DNA of 64,000 nt from Candidatus Multivoradales bacterium (GCA_965223155.1 CBDCVR010000013.1:864001-928000); one strand, 5' to 3'; positions 10,190 to 20,205 are shown, counted from the stretch's first letter. Translations and numbers: made by a program. The notes: generated by a model from the letters alone, not told the origin.

Positions 10190-10429
10190 ATGACCGCCAT
10201 CCGCAACAACCGTCGCCTTCTCGCCGCCCTGTGCCTGGTTCTCGCCAGCCTGGCCTTCGGCACCACGCCGGCAGCCGCCACCGAGACCCGCGTCCCGGCC
10301 GTCGAAGAACGCCTCCAGGAACGGATCTCCGACCTCGTCTTCCACGTTCAGGCGTTCCTCGCCGGCTGGCTCAACCAGTTCGAGAGCGCCCGCGAAGAAG
10401 AAGGGGCGAAGCTAGAAGACGGCAGCTAA
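10190..10429 (+). CDS. Small secreted peptide precursor (79 aa)
   Basis: GGAGG RBS; signal peptide MTAIRNNRRLLAALCLVLASLAFGTTPAAA; acidic tail EEEGAKLEDGS; hairpin follows the stop. Confidence 0.7.
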   Translation: MTAIRNNRRLLAALCLVLASLAFGTTPAAATETRVPAVEERLQERISDLVFHVQAFLAGWLNQFESAREEEGAKLEDGS

Positions 10430-10437
10430 TCCGTTCG

Positions 10438-10471
10438 GGAACGCCCGGTCTTCTCCGGAGCCGGGCGTTCC
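10438..10471 (+). terminator. GC-rich hairpin after the peptide gene
   Basis: GGAACGCCCGG...CCGGGCGTTCC perfect 11-bp inverted repeat; no U-tract. Confidence 0.55.
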
Positions 10472-10518
10472 TGGACAGCCAGACGGGCGGGTGGTAGCTT
10501 GTTGCGACGGAAAGTCAA

Positions 10519-11049
10519 ATGGCTGTGTCCAACGAGTACCGACGCACGGATGTCGATGACATCGTCGGGCTGTTCCGCTCTAGGTCAAGACGGCTGTTGG
10601 TTCGCTTCCGGATTCCCGTTGAGGACGCCGAGGATTTGGTTCAGGATTCACTCGTTCTCTTCCTGCGAAGGCAGCCGGACACGAAGAACGAAGTCGCTTG
10701 GCTCGAAGCAGCCCTTCGATATCGGTGCCTGACCTATTGGAGGGAGCGCCGAAGGCAAACGTACCTTCAGGTGGACCAGTCGATTCTCGAATCCCTCTCG
10801 GAAAAAGATCCGCCGAAACAGGAGCATCGCGTTTTTCTTCACGAGCTGTCATCAATCGTCGACTCGTTGCCCAAGAAGTGTCGCGTTCTACTCAGGCTCA
10901 GATACAAGACCGACCTGAGGCCTGCCGAAATCGCAGACCGACTTGGCTACCGCCGGAGCGGGATCTACAAACTCATCGACCGATGCATTGGAGTCGTAAC
11001 CCGCAAGATCTTTTCCTCCGGATTAGCAAGGCCGAGACGCTATCAATGA
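10519..11049 (+). CDS. ECF-type sigma-70 factor
   Basis: Region 2 EDAEDLVQDSLV...AWL; region 4 LPKKCRVLLRLRY...AEIADRLGY. Confidence 0.88.
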   Translation: MAVSNEYRRTDVDDIVGLFRSRSRRLLVRFRIPVEDAEDLVQDSLVLFLRRQPDTKNEVAWLEAALRYRCLTYWRERRRQTYLQVDQSILESLSEKDPPKQEHRVFLHELSSIVDSLPKKCRVLLRLRYKTDLRPAEIADRLGYRRSGIYKLIDRCIGVVTRKIFSSGLARPRRYQ

Positions 11050-12401
11050 ACCACTTCTCGGCCGAGCAACTTCAGCGATTCTCAGCAGGCAAGCTACCTC
11101 GGAAAGAGCGGGTGATGGTCGCTAGGCACTTGGTGAGTCGCTGTCCCAAGTGCATGCAGATCGCCGATGTCCACTGGAAGAACAGCTTCGCTGGGACCTC
11201 TTCGTCAACTTCTACTGAGGACGACTACTCCGAAGCCTTCGAACGAGGGATCGAAAAGGGATACAGCACTTGGACCCTACTCGGACGCGAACGGAGAGGG
11301 GTCGATGCCCTGTTGCAAGAGCTTCTTGAGCTCCCAGCGAGCCGACAACAGCTCGTCACTGCAAACAGCCCCAGATACTGGAACGCCACGCTCTGCCGGG
11401 AGTTGCTGGAAGAAGCAACCACAGCAGGTGGCTCGGACACCTCACATGCCGTTCATCTCACGCGGTGCGCGATCCAAATCAGCCAGAAGCTTGAGGAAAG
11501 CAAGTACGGCAAGGCTCTGGTCTCAGACCTGCAGGGGCGAGCCTGGACAACGCTCGGATCGATCCTGAGGCTAGCGTCCGACTACGATGGAGCAGAAGAA
11601 GCCTTGACAAAGGCTGCCTACTTCCTCCACACGGGAAGTGGTGATGAGCTAGAAGCCGCCCATCTACTTGCGGTGCAAGCCAGTCTTCTTGTCGCTCGGA
11701 GAAACTTCGATCAGGCATTGCGGATTCACAAGAAGCTGGACAGGGTTTATCGACGCCGCGGCGACAGGCACATGGTCGGCAGAGTTTTCTTGAAGAAGGC
11801 GTGGGTCTTCGCGAAGATGCATGATTCGACGAGGGAGATTGAAGCTCTAAGACAGGCTCGAACTCATCTCGATCCGGCCCAAGACCCGAGGCGTTGGGCC
11901 ATTGCTCAACATCATCTACTTGCGGTATTTGTCGACCAAGGTGAGCTTGAAAAGGCGCAGTCGATGGTCCTAGGTGTCCGCGAAGCGCACTTGGCGCTAG
12001 GGGACGCTCTGGCTCTCATTCGCCTCGAGTGGCTCGAAGCTCGAATCGCCTACAAGAAAGGCGACCTGGCCGAGGCCACGGCCAAGCTCAAGAGCGTTCG
12101 CGACCAGTTCGTTGAGCGGGAGATTGGGATCGACGTCGCGCTGTCGTCCCTGGAGCTGGCCGAGATGCACGCCTCGCAGGGCGAGGTCGAGGCGGCCAAG
12201 GCCCTGCTCGCCGAAGCCATCCCGATTCTCAAGGCCCTCCGGGTAGGCCCCGACACAGTCGCGGCGATGGCCTTCCTCGGCGAGCTGGTCGCTCGCGAGA
12301 CGGTGGAACGCGAGATCTTTCGCCGCGCCGTTGCCTTCGTGCGCAAGGCCCAGAACGATCCCCAGGTGCGCTTCGAGCCCGCCGAGCTGCTAGGCGACTA
12401 G
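11046..12401 (+). CDS. Zinc-finger (HxxxxCxxC) anti-sigma-like domain fused to TPR-like helical repeats
   Basis: ATGA overlap with the sigma stop; MNHFSAEQL...RHLVSRCPKC; helical repeats GRAWTTLGSILRLASDYDGAEEAL; no TM segment evident. Confidence 0.75.
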   Translation: MNHFSAEQLQRFSAGKLPRKERVMVARHLVSRCPKCMQIADVHWKNSFAGTSSSTSTEDDYSEAFERGIEKGYSTWTLLGRERRGVDALLQELLELPASRQQLVTANSPRYWNATLCRELLEEATTAGGSDTSHAVHLTRCAIQISQKLEESKYGKALVSDLQGRAWTTLGSILRLASDYDGAEEALTKAAYFLHTGSGDELEAAHLLAVQASLLVARRNFDQALRIHKKLDRVYRRRGDRHMVGRVFLKKAWVFAKMHDSTREIEALRQARTHLDPAQDPRRWAIAQHHLLAVFVDQGELEKAQSMVLGVREAHLALGDALALIRLEWLEARIAYKKGDLAEATAKLKSVRDQFVEREIGIDVALSSLELAEMHASQGEVEAAKALLAEAIPILKALRVGPDTVAAMAFLGELVARETVEREIFRRAVAFVRKAQNDPQVRFEPAELLGD

Positions 12402-12449
12402 GACCGGCCAGGGCTTCCGGCGCGGCCGCGCCGATCCGGGTCCGGTCTC

Positions 12450-13889
12450 CTAGAGGAAGGGATCCAACTCGCCCCAGGTTTCCTCGGCCAGGGTGCGCTT
12501 GACATCGTTCATGAAGTGGTCGGCGTCGGCCCCGTCCACCAGCCGGTGGTCGTAGGTGATCGCGAAGTACGACATATGCTTGATGGCGATGATGTCGTTG
12601 CCTTCGCGGTCCATATCCACGACTGGACGCTTCTCGATCGCGCCCAGGCCCAGGATCGCCACCTGCGGTTGATTGATGATGGGGGTGCCGAAGAGCGAGC
12701 CGAAGACCCCCGGATTGGTCACGGTGAAGGTCCCGCCTTGCACCTCGTGCGGCTGGAGCTTCTTTGCGCGAGCGCGCTCCGCCAGGTCATTGGCGGTCTT
12801 GGCCAGCCCGACCAGATTGAGCTGGTCGGCGTTCCGGATCACCGGCACGATGAGTCCCCAGTCCAGAGCCACCGCCATGCCGACGTTGATGTCTTTCTTG
12901 AACACGATGTTGGTGCCGTCGACCGAGGCGTTGAGCTTAGGGTGCGCCTTGAGCGCGCTTGCCACGGCCCGGAAGATGAACGGCATGTACGTCAGCTTGG
13001 TGCCGTGGGCGGCCTGGAAGCCGCCTTTAGCGCGGTTCCGGATGCGGGCCACGCGGGCCATATCGATATGGAAGACCGTGGTGACGTGGGCGGAGGTAGC
13101 CTTCGAATAGGTCATGTGCGCCGAGGTGATCTGGCGGATCTTCGACATCGGAACGATCTCGACGCTATCGCCCTCCGAGTACGGCGCCACCGAAAAATCG
13201 CCGGCGTCTCGACGCATCGGAGTCACGACCTGCGCCTGGACCGCGCCCGACGGCGCCGGCGTCGGAACCTCCGAAGCCGCCGCGGCCGCTGGCTCGGCTG
13301 GCTCGGCAGGGGCGGCGTCCGCGCCACCTCCGGCGAGAAAGGCCTCCAGGTCCCGCTTGGTTACCCGGCCGTGGATCCCAGTCCCTGAGACCTGCGAGAG
13401 ATCGACCCCGGCCTCCTTCGCCATCTTGCGCACCACCGGGCTCGAGAACTTGCGGACCCGCTCGGTATCCGGGTCGTCGGCACCGGAGCCATCCGAGAGG
13501 TCTGAAGAATCTGGGTCATCGGAGCCAGCGGAGCCAGCAGAGTCATCGGAGCCAGCGTCCGAGGTCGGAGCTTTCGCGGCGGCCTTCTCCGCCGGCTCGC
13601 TGCCGGCGGCAGCAGGCTCGGCCTCGGCTGGAGCCTCCCGAGGCTGGTCTCCGGGCTCGCCCAGGATCGCCACGATCTCGTTGATGGCAACCGTCGCGCC
13701 CTCCTCGAACTTGACCTCCAGCAAGACGCCGTCGGCCGGGCTCGGGATCTCGGCATCGACCTTGTCGGTCGAGATCTCGAAGAGCGGCTGATCGCGCTCG
13801 ACGCTGTCTCCGACCTTTGCGAGCCAGCGGGTGATAGTACCCTCGGCGATCGACTCGCCCATCTGCGGCATGATGACTTCGGTTGTCAT
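12450..13889 (-). CDS. sucB: 2-oxoacid dehydrogenase E2 (dihydrolipoamide acyltransferase, SucB-like)
   Basis: Lipoyl domain EISTDKVDAEIPSP, E3-binding SPVVRKMA...GTGIHGRVTKRD, catalytic YDHRLVDG. Confidence 0.88.
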   Translation of the reverse strand: MTTEVIMPQMGESIAEGTITRWLAKVGDSVERDQPLFEISTDKVDAEIPSPADGVLLEVKFEEGATVAINEIVAILGEPGDQPREAPAEAEPAAAGSEPAEKAAAKAPTSDAGSDDSAGSAGSDDPDSSDLSDGSGADDPDTERVRKFSSPVVRKMAKEAGVDLSQVSGTGIHGRVTKRDLEAFLAGGGADAAPAEPAEPAAAAASEVPTPAPSGAVQAQVVTPMRRDAGDFSVAPYSEGDSVEIVPMSKIRQITSAHMTYSKATSAHVTTVFHIDMARVARIRNRAKGGFQAAHGTKLTYMPFIFRAVASALKAHPKLNASVDGTNIVFKKDINVGMAVALDWGLIVPVIRNADQLNLVGLAKTANDLAERARAKKLQPHEVQGGTFTVTNPGVFGSLFGTPIINQPQVAILGLGAIEKRPVVDMDREGNDIIAIKHMSYFAITYDHRLVDGADADHFMNDVKRTLAEETWGELDPFL

Positions 13890-13937
13890 GAAGCTCTCTC
13901 CATCGGGCCGGGCCGGGTCGGGCTCGACCGGTCCGTT

Positions 13938-15332
13938 CTAGACGTGAATGGCGTGTCCCGCGGCCGCGTGGGCCGCCTCGGCCATCGCCTCCGACAAGGT
14001 CGGATGCGCATGAATCGTGCGAAACAACTCTTCCGTTGTGGATTCGATCTTGAGTGCTACGCAGGCTTCGGCAATGAGGTCCGTCGCCCGGGTTCCGATG
14101 ATGTGGACCCCGAGAAGCTGGTCGTGCCGAGTTTCGCGTACGACCTTGACGAAGCCGGCGGTCTTGCCTTCGATCGCCGCCTTGCCCGAGGCCGAGAACG
14201 GAAACTTGCCAACCGCGACCTCGTAGCCCCGCTCACGAGCTTCGGCTTCGGACAGGCCGACGCTTCCGACCTCGGGCTCGCAATACGTCACCGACGGAAC
14301 CTGGTCGTAGTCGAGCGGCCGGGTCTCGGCTCCGGCCATGTGCTCAGCCGCGACGATGCCCTCGGCCGAGGCGACATGCGCCAACCAACGGGTCGGAACC
14401 ACGTCTCCGATCGCGTAGATCGAAGGCACGGACGTCTGCAAGAACTCGTTGACCGTGACGTAGCCGCGCTCGGTCGCCACGCCGGCCTCGTCCAGCCCCA
14501 GCCCTTCCGTGACCGGCGCACGCCCGATGGCAATCAGGAGTATCTCGGCGGTCACCGGCTCTTGCTTGGCGTTCTTCTCCAGTACCACTTCGACCGCGCC
14601 GCCCCGAACCTCGGCTCCGGCCAACTTGGTCGCGGTCTTGACCTTGATGCCGCGCTTCTTGAAATTGCGAGCCAGCTCCTTCGAGATCTCTTCATCTTCG
14701 AGCGGCAGGATCCTGGGCAACATCTCGACCAGTGTGACCTCGGAGCGAAACGAGCGAAAGATAGACGAGAACTCGCTTCCCACCGCTCCCGATCCGACCA
14801 CAACCAACGACTCGGGGACCCGGTCCACTTCGAGCAGGTGATCGGAGTTGACGATGTGCCGCCCATCGGTTGGCGCCATCGGAATCTCGCGCGGTACCGA
14901 GCCGGTCGCGATGAGGATGTTCTTAGTCTCGATCCGGCGCGTGCCGTCCGGGCTCGCGACCTCGACAACTGAAGGCGAGACGACCCGGCCGAGGCCGTGG
15001 ATCCCTTCGATCTTGTTTTTCTTGAACAGAAATTCGATGCCTTTTGCGTTCTTGTCGACCACGCCGCGCTTGTAGGCCTGGGCGGTCTCGAGCTCGAGCT
15101 CGGGATCGCCCACCGCAACGCCGAAGCGGCCGGCCTCGCGCACCTCTTCGAGCACGTTCGCTGTGTGGAGCAACGCTTTCGTGGGAATGCAGCCTCGGTG
15201 GAGACAGGTCCCGCCGAACTTGGGGTCCTTCTCGACCACGGCTACGTTGAACCCCAGCTGAGCCGCCCGAATGGCGGCCACGTAGCCTCCTGGGCCGCTG
15301 CCGATGACAACCAGGTCCTTCGCGTCGCTCAT
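13938..15332 (-). CDS. lpdA: Dihydrolipoyl dehydrogenase
   Basis: GSGPGGYVAA, GGTCLHRGCIPTK, HAHPTLSE; start MSDAKD. Confidence 0.96.
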   Translation of the reverse strand: MSDAKDLVVIGSGPGGYVAAIRAAQLGFNVAVVEKDPKFGGTCLHRGCIPTKALLHTANVLEEVREAGRFGVAVGDPELELETAQAYKRGVVDKNAKGIEFLFKKNKIEGIHGLGRVVSPSVVEVASPDGTRRIETKNILIATGSVPREIPMAPTDGRHIVNSDHLLEVDRVPESLVVVGSGAVGSEFSSIFRSFRSEVTLVEMLPRILPLEDEEISKELARNFKKRGIKVKTATKLAGAEVRGGAVEVVLEKNAKQEPVTAEILLIAIGRAPVTEGLGLDEAGVATERGYVTVNEFLQTSVPSIYAIGDVVPTRWLAHVASAEGIVAAEHMAGAETRPLDYDQVPSVTYCEPEVGSVGLSEAEARERGYEVAVGKFPFSASGKAAIEGKTAGFVKVVRETRHDQLLGVHIIGTRATDLIAEACVALKIESTTEELFRTIHAHPTLSEAMAEAAHAAAGHAIHV

Positions 15333-15375
15333 CGTCCCGCTCACTTTATCCCTTCGCGGCCGATCGCCGTCGCTT

Positions 15376-16239
15376 TCATTCGGCCGCCACCGGCTCGACC
15401 GCGAACCGGCCCGGCTTGTCCTCGATGAGGTGCCCGACGGGGACGTCAGGATCGTGCTCGAACACACATAGCCAGCCTTCATCGAAGGCGCGCGGCAGCC
15501 AGCGTTGCTTGTTCTCAAGGGTCTCGACCGGATAGAGATCAAAGCCCATGATCCAGGGAAGCGGCACATGCGCCGTGGTCGGCACGAGATCCGCCCAGTA
15601 GACGGCGCGCTCGGCCCCCGAGCCTCCGGCCCCCCCACCTCGGATACAGACTACGCACATGTCCGCGTTGTGGCCCGACACCTTGACCGCCCGCACGCCG
15701 GGAATCGGTTCCGCCTCCCCATCGAACTCGCGTACCACGCCCGCCTCGAAGAGCGGCTGCCAGTTGCGCTTGTCGTAGCTTGCCCGGTCCCGAAGAGTGG
15801 GATTGCGGGCGTGGGCCAGCTCGCCCCGCTCGATCCAGTAGGTGGCGCGCGGGAAGGTCGGTACGAGCTCGGCACCGTCACTCCGGGTATTCCAGCCGCA
15901 GTGATCGAAATGGAGATGGGTCAGAAGGACATGATCCACGTCCTCCAAGGAGAAGCCGGCCTCCTGGATCGACTCCGGCAGCCTTCGGGCTCCTTCCTCC
16001 AGGCCAAAGATGTCCGCGAACTTCTCGTCGTTCTTGTCCCCAAGACCGGTGTCGATGAGCACTAAGCCGGCCTCGCTCTGAACCAGCAGGCAATTCGTGG
16101 CCATGCGAATCCGGTTGCGCTCGTCCGGAGGGGCGACTCTCTGCCACAGAACCTTCGGCACAACCCCGAACATGGCCCCTCCGTCGAGCCGGAAGCCGCC
16201 GTCGCTGACCACGTGAAGATCGAACTCGCCCAGCCGCAT
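15376..16239 (-). CDS. MBL-fold metallo-hydrolase (YtnP-like)
   Basis: LDGGAMFGVVPK, THLHFDHCG, FEHDP. Confidence 0.9.
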   Translation of the reverse strand: MRLGEFDLHVVSDGGFRLDGGAMFGVVPKVLWQRVAPPDERNRIRMATNCLLVQSEAGLVLIDTGLGDKNDEKFADIFGLEEGARRLPESIQEAGFSLEDVDHVLLTHLHFDHCGWNTRSDGAELVPTFPRATYWIERGELAHARNPTLRDRASYDKRNWQPLFEAGVVREFDGEAEPIPGVRAVKVSGHNADMCVVCIRGGGAGGSGAERAVYWADLVPTTAHVPLPWIMGFDLYPVETLENKQRWLPRAFDEGWLCVFEHDPDVPVGHLIEDKPGRFAVEPVAAE

Positions 16240-16318
16240 CGGGAGCGAGAGTCTATCGAACCCGGCGGGAGGCCGGTTTGACCCGTACCGGCTCGGAAGA
16301 GGACAATCCGACCGCGTC

Positions 16319-17500
16319 ATGCGAGACCACACCGCAGCCGATCCGCCCGGCGAAGTCGCCCTCGTCCTGACCGGAGGTGGGGCCCGCGCCGCCTACCAGG
16401 TCGGCTTCCTGCGGTGCCTCGCGAACCATATGCCCGAGGCCCGGATCCCGATCATCACCGGCGTCTCGGCCGGCGCCATCAACGCCGTCTACCTGGCCTC
16501 GCACCGAGGCAACCTGCGCGAAGCTGCCGACGGCCTCTCGGCCCTGTGGGAGTCCCTGGATCCCGAGGACATCTACCGGGTAGGCACCTGGCATCTCTTC
16601 GGCAACATGATGCGCTGGGGCTTGCGCCTGCTTTCGGGTGGCTCGAAGGCCGCGCCGGAGCCCGACAGCCTGCTCGACGTCACCCCGCTACGGAACTTCC
16701 TGCGGGTGGCCCTCGACACCGTCGATGGCCCCATCGAAGGAATCGAGCAGAATCTCGAAAGCGGCGAGCTTCGGGCCGTGGCGCTGTCAACCCTGCGCTA
16801 CGCTACCGGTCAGACCATCACCTGGGTTCAGGGCCGGGACTTCGATGCTTGGGAACGGCCCCGGCGCCGCGGCGTCAAGTCGCGGCTGACCATCGAGCAC
16901 GTGATGGCCTCCGCCGCCTTGCCGCTGATGTTTCCGGCGGTCGAGATCGGAGACTCCTGGTACGGAGACGGCGGCATCCGGCTGTCCTCGCCGCTGGCGC
17001 CGGCCATCCACCTCGGCGCTGACCGCATCTTGGCGATCTCGACCAAGCAGAGGAAGGACTTCACCGAGGCCGACGACCCGGACTTTACCGGCTACCCACC
17101 ACCGGCCCAGGTCGCGGGCACCATGCTCAACGCCGTCTTCCTGGACGCCATCGATCAGGACGCCGCCAACCTGCGACGGATCAACCGCATGCTCGAGCAC
17201 CTGCCCGAGCACCGGTACGGTCAGCTCCGGCCGATCCAAACTCTGGTGCTACGGCCCTCGGTGGACCTGGGACGCCTGGCGGCCAAGTTTGAGGCCAAGC
17301 TCCCAGGCGCCTTCCGCTTTCTGACCCGCGGTTGGGGCACCAAGGAAACCAGCAGCCCAGACTTCCTGAGTCTTCTGATGTTCCAGAGCGACTACCTGTG
17401 CGAGCTCATGAGAATCGGCCAGCGCGACGCCGAAACCAGGCTGGACGAGATCCGGGAGCTGTTCGCGCCGCTACCGGGCGCCTCAGCCAAGGACGCCTGA
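16319..17500 (+). CDS. Patatin-like phospholipase
   Basis: GGGARAAYQVG, GVSAG, DGG motifs. Confidence 0.92.
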   Translation: MRDHTAADPPGEVALVLTGGGARAAYQVGFLRCLANHMPEARIPIITGVSAGAINAVYLASHRGNLREAADGLSALWESLDPEDIYRVGTWHLFGNMMRWGLRLLSGGSKAAPEPDSLLDVTPLRNFLRVALDTVDGPIEGIEQNLESGELRAVALSTLRYATGQTITWVQGRDFDAWERPRRRGVKSRLTIEHVMASAALPLMFPAVEIGDSWYGDGGIRLSSPLAPAIHLGADRILAISTKQRKDFTEADDPDFTGYPPPAQVAGTMLNAVFLDAIDQDAANLRRINRMLEHLPEHRYGQLRPIQTLVLRPSVDLGRLAAKFEAKLPGAFRFLTRGWGTKETSSPDFLSLLMFQSDYLCELMRIGQRDAETRLDEIRELFAPLPGASAKDA

Positions 17501-17645
17501 AGAACCGCTTCCCAGTCGCCGCCGTCCTAGCCAAAGCGTGCCCGTGCCGTGACCGTTCCACGCAACAGACTCCAGAAAACGGGAGCGAGCTTCGAGAGAC
17601 TCGCTTCCGGCCACCACTCGTATCGTCTACCTCGAGTACCACTTT

Positions 17646-18105
17646 GTGAACCACGCCAGACGCTTCCGATTCCTGCTCCTACCAATCTTCCTGGCCGGCT
17701 GCGCGTCACAGCCCGAGCGGCCGGTCGCGGTAGTGCCGGAAGCGCTCGCTCGCATCGCGGACCAGCTCCACGTCTCTCCGGCGGTCATCGACGGCGACCG
17801 TGTCTTCGTTTCCGGGGTCGTCGCGGTCCTGCGCGAGCCTGGCGCCGCCGGCCTGGAAGCGGCCTTCGTCGCCGCCTTCGAGCGCATCGGCCGGATCCTC
17901 GCCGAAGCCGGCGCCTCGGGGCGGGACGTGGTCGATATGACCACGTACCACGTCGACCTGGACGGGCGGAAGACGCTCTTTCTGGAAGTCAAGGATCGCT
18001 ACCCTTGCCAGCAAGCCATACCCAGCCTGGACGGCGATCGACATCGAAGGCCTGTGGACCGCAGAGGCCATCACCGAGATCAAGGTCGTCGCCCGGCCGC
18101 GCTGA
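17646..18105 (+). pseudogene. RidA/YjgF family lipoprotein with a one-base frameshift at ~18002-18004
   Basis: LAGC lipobox; SPAV...VFVSG, DVVDMTTYH; after KDRY the family-like tail LASKPYPAWTAIDIEGLWTAEAITEIKVVARPR* continues in the +1 frame. Confidence 0.75.
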
Positions 18106-18174
18106 GCTTGACCAGACCGGAAGAGACCGGCAGTCGACGGCTACGCGCCGCCGACTCAGCAGCTCCGCTCGCGG

Positions 18175-18648
18175 CTACCCGTCCCGGCCGCCGCTGCCCC
18201 CGTCCGGATCGGTAGGCTCCTTCTCCGGAGGATCCGCACCGGCGGTGGTGCAAGGGCCACAGGACTCCTTATAGTTCGTATAGGTGTCGCGACCGTCACC
18301 ACCCGCGCAGTCCCGCTTCTTGTACGTACACACCTCGAGTCCCTGCCCCCCTTCCGGGAGCGAGCAAGGACGGGTGAACGTACCCTCCTCGAAGCCGGTC
18401 TGCCAATCCCCGGGATTGCAGTCTTCCGGCTCCGGAGCTTCCAAAGCTCCCTCGTCTCCGGCGCCTTCGACTTCGGCCGTGGGTCCGGAGTCCCCGGCCA
18501 ACTCGCCCGCGGGAGCGGTGCCTCCGGCCGGAGTCTCGGCCCCGACCTCGAGAGAGACTTCGCCGGCGGACTGGGTGTCGTCACAGGCGGCGAGGCCGAA
18601 CAGCAGTAGGAGCGATCCGCAAATTCGTAAGATTCTTTGTTGTTTCAT
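18175..18648 (-). CDS. Hypothetical Cys-rich lipoprotein
   Basis: LAAC lipobox, acidic linker, C-terminal domain with six Cys. Confidence 0.6.
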   Translation of the reverse strand: MKQQRILRICGSLLLLFGLAACDDTQSAGEVSLEVGAETPAGGTAPAGELAGDSGPTAEVEGAGDEGALEAPEPEDCNPGDWQTGFEEGTFTRPCSLPEGGQGLEVCTYKKRDCAGGDGRDTYTNYKESCGPCTTAGADPPEKEPTDPDGGSGGRDG

Positions 18649-18788
18649 GTGCCGAAGCATACCAAACGCCGCTCACCGTCTACCCAGCCTCACGTGCACG
18701 CTCGTCCGGGTTCACCGAGAGCCGAAAACCTTGCGGTGATTCCCGAGAACGCGGTACGATCCCGCCGTCAACCGTAAGGAGGTGCGCA

Positions 18789-19184
18789 ATGTCGCAACGC
18801 TCGATTCTCGCCGCGATCGCGGGCGCGATCACCCTGTTTGTGCTCGGATTCGTGATCTACGCTGTCGTCCTCAAGGACTTCTTCGCCTCCAACGGCGCCG
18901 CCGTCGTGGAGGCTCCGGTCTACTGGGCCATCGCCCTGGGCGAGCTCGCCTTCGGCGTCCTGCTCGCCTACATCTTTAGCCGCTGGGCCTCGATCAGCAC
19001 CTTTGCCGGCGGATTCCAGGGCGGAGCCGTCCTCGGCGCACTCATCGCCCTGGGCATCGGGCTGGTTCAATTCGGCGCCCTGGGCGGGCCGAACCTGACC
19101 GCGGTCATCGCGGACACTGTCGTCTCGGCGGTTCGGGTCGGGATCGCGGGCGGCGTAGTCGGCATGGTTCTCGGCCGCGACTAG
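18789..19184 (+). CDS. Small four-TM membrane protein (DUF1761-like)
   Basis: AAGGAGG RBS; four hydrophobic segments. Confidence 0.75.
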   Translation: MSQRSILAAIAGAITLFVLGFVIYAVVLKDFFASNGAAVVEAPVYWAIALGELAFGVLLAYIFSRWASISTFAGGFQGGAVLGALIALGIGLVQFGALGGPNLTAVIADTVVSAVRVGIAGGVVGMVLGRD

Positions 19185-19195
19185 GGCCTCGTCGG

Positions 19196-19909
19196 CTAGC
19201 GCAGCTCAAAGCGCACGGTCAGCGTGTAGCGGACGGCGATTGGCCGCCCGTCGAAGGTAGCCGGCTCGAAGCGCCAGCCGCTGACCGCGGCGACCGCCGC
19301 CTCGGTCAGCCCGAAGCGCAGTCCCTTGAGGACCTCGAGATCGGTGACGCGACCGTCGGTTGCGATGACCGCGTCGAGAATGACCACGCCGCGCTCCCGA
19401 ACCCGCCGGGCCGCCTCGGTGTAGGCGGGCTCCGCGCCAGACTGCCGAACCGGACGCTTCATGTCGCCGCGAAATCGAACCGGAGCCTCCGTGACCGGAG
19501 GCGGATCCGGAATCGCCGCCTGAGCGATCGTAGGAACAGCCGGGATCGCCACCGGTACCGGCTCGAACCTCGGGACATCGGGCTCGGGCGCCGGCGGCTC
19601 CGCTGGCAGCAGTTCGGCCGGCACCGGGATCTTGACCGGCGACTCGATCGGTTGCCGTTCCGATTCGACGACCGGCAACGGCTCCTTCTCCTTGAGCGCC
19701 ACGCGAGTGGTCGGAAAAATGACGGCCTCGACCTTGGGTGGGAGGACCGTTTCCTCTTGGACCCAGCGGACTACGAAGAGCCCAGCGTGGAGCACCGCCG
19801 CAAGCGACAGAGCCACCTTCCAACGCTCGCGATCCTCGCGGCGATCCGACTCGATCGCGGGCGCCCAGTCCGGTGTCGGCGATTGTCTCGGCGGTCGGCT
19901 CCTGCGCAT
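19196..19909 (-). CDS. Energy transducer TonB family protein
   Basis: TM anchor AAVLHAG, Pro-rich linker, C-terminal PAYTEAARR...G.VIL...WRFEPA. Confidence 0.88.
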   Translation of the reverse strand: MRRSRPPRQSPTPDWAPAIESDRREDRERWKVALSLAAVLHAGLFVVRWVQEETVLPPKVEAVIFPTTRVALKEKEPLPVVESERQPIESPVKIPVPAELLPAEPPAPEPDVPRFEPVPVAIPAVPTIAQAAIPDPPPVTEAPVRFRGDMKRPVRQSGAEPAYTEAARRVRERGVVILDAVIATDGRVTDLEVLKGLRFGLTEAAVAAVSGWRFEPATFDGRPIAVRYTLTVRFELR

Positions 19910-20205
19910 CGTGACGTCTCCCTTCTCTGAGTTGGACACGGCGGGAGCCTGCGGGGTTCCGGCCCAGGCATCACACTGCGCAAGGAAGACTTCCGACTAG
20001 ATCGCCGCTGAAGCCCTCAGATCAAAGACGCCGCCAGCGAACATCTTGCTCGACGGTTTCGATGAGATCTCCCGCAACTGGTCCCAACGATCAACCACCT
20101 GTCCCCGCGCGTCGGCGGCCGAAGCGGCCCCCGTATTGCTTTCTGGGACAACCTTCTGCCGGGCGTAGCCCACCTCGCAACCGGTGCTCGGGAGCAGGCC
20201 GACTA

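Noticed and set aside
13500-13560. Short GGAGCCAGC-type repeats in the E2 gene, and 9-bp repeats at ~60685-60716 in the SPOR gene
   Set aside because: They encode low-complexity linkers; there are no unique spacers, so not CRISPR.
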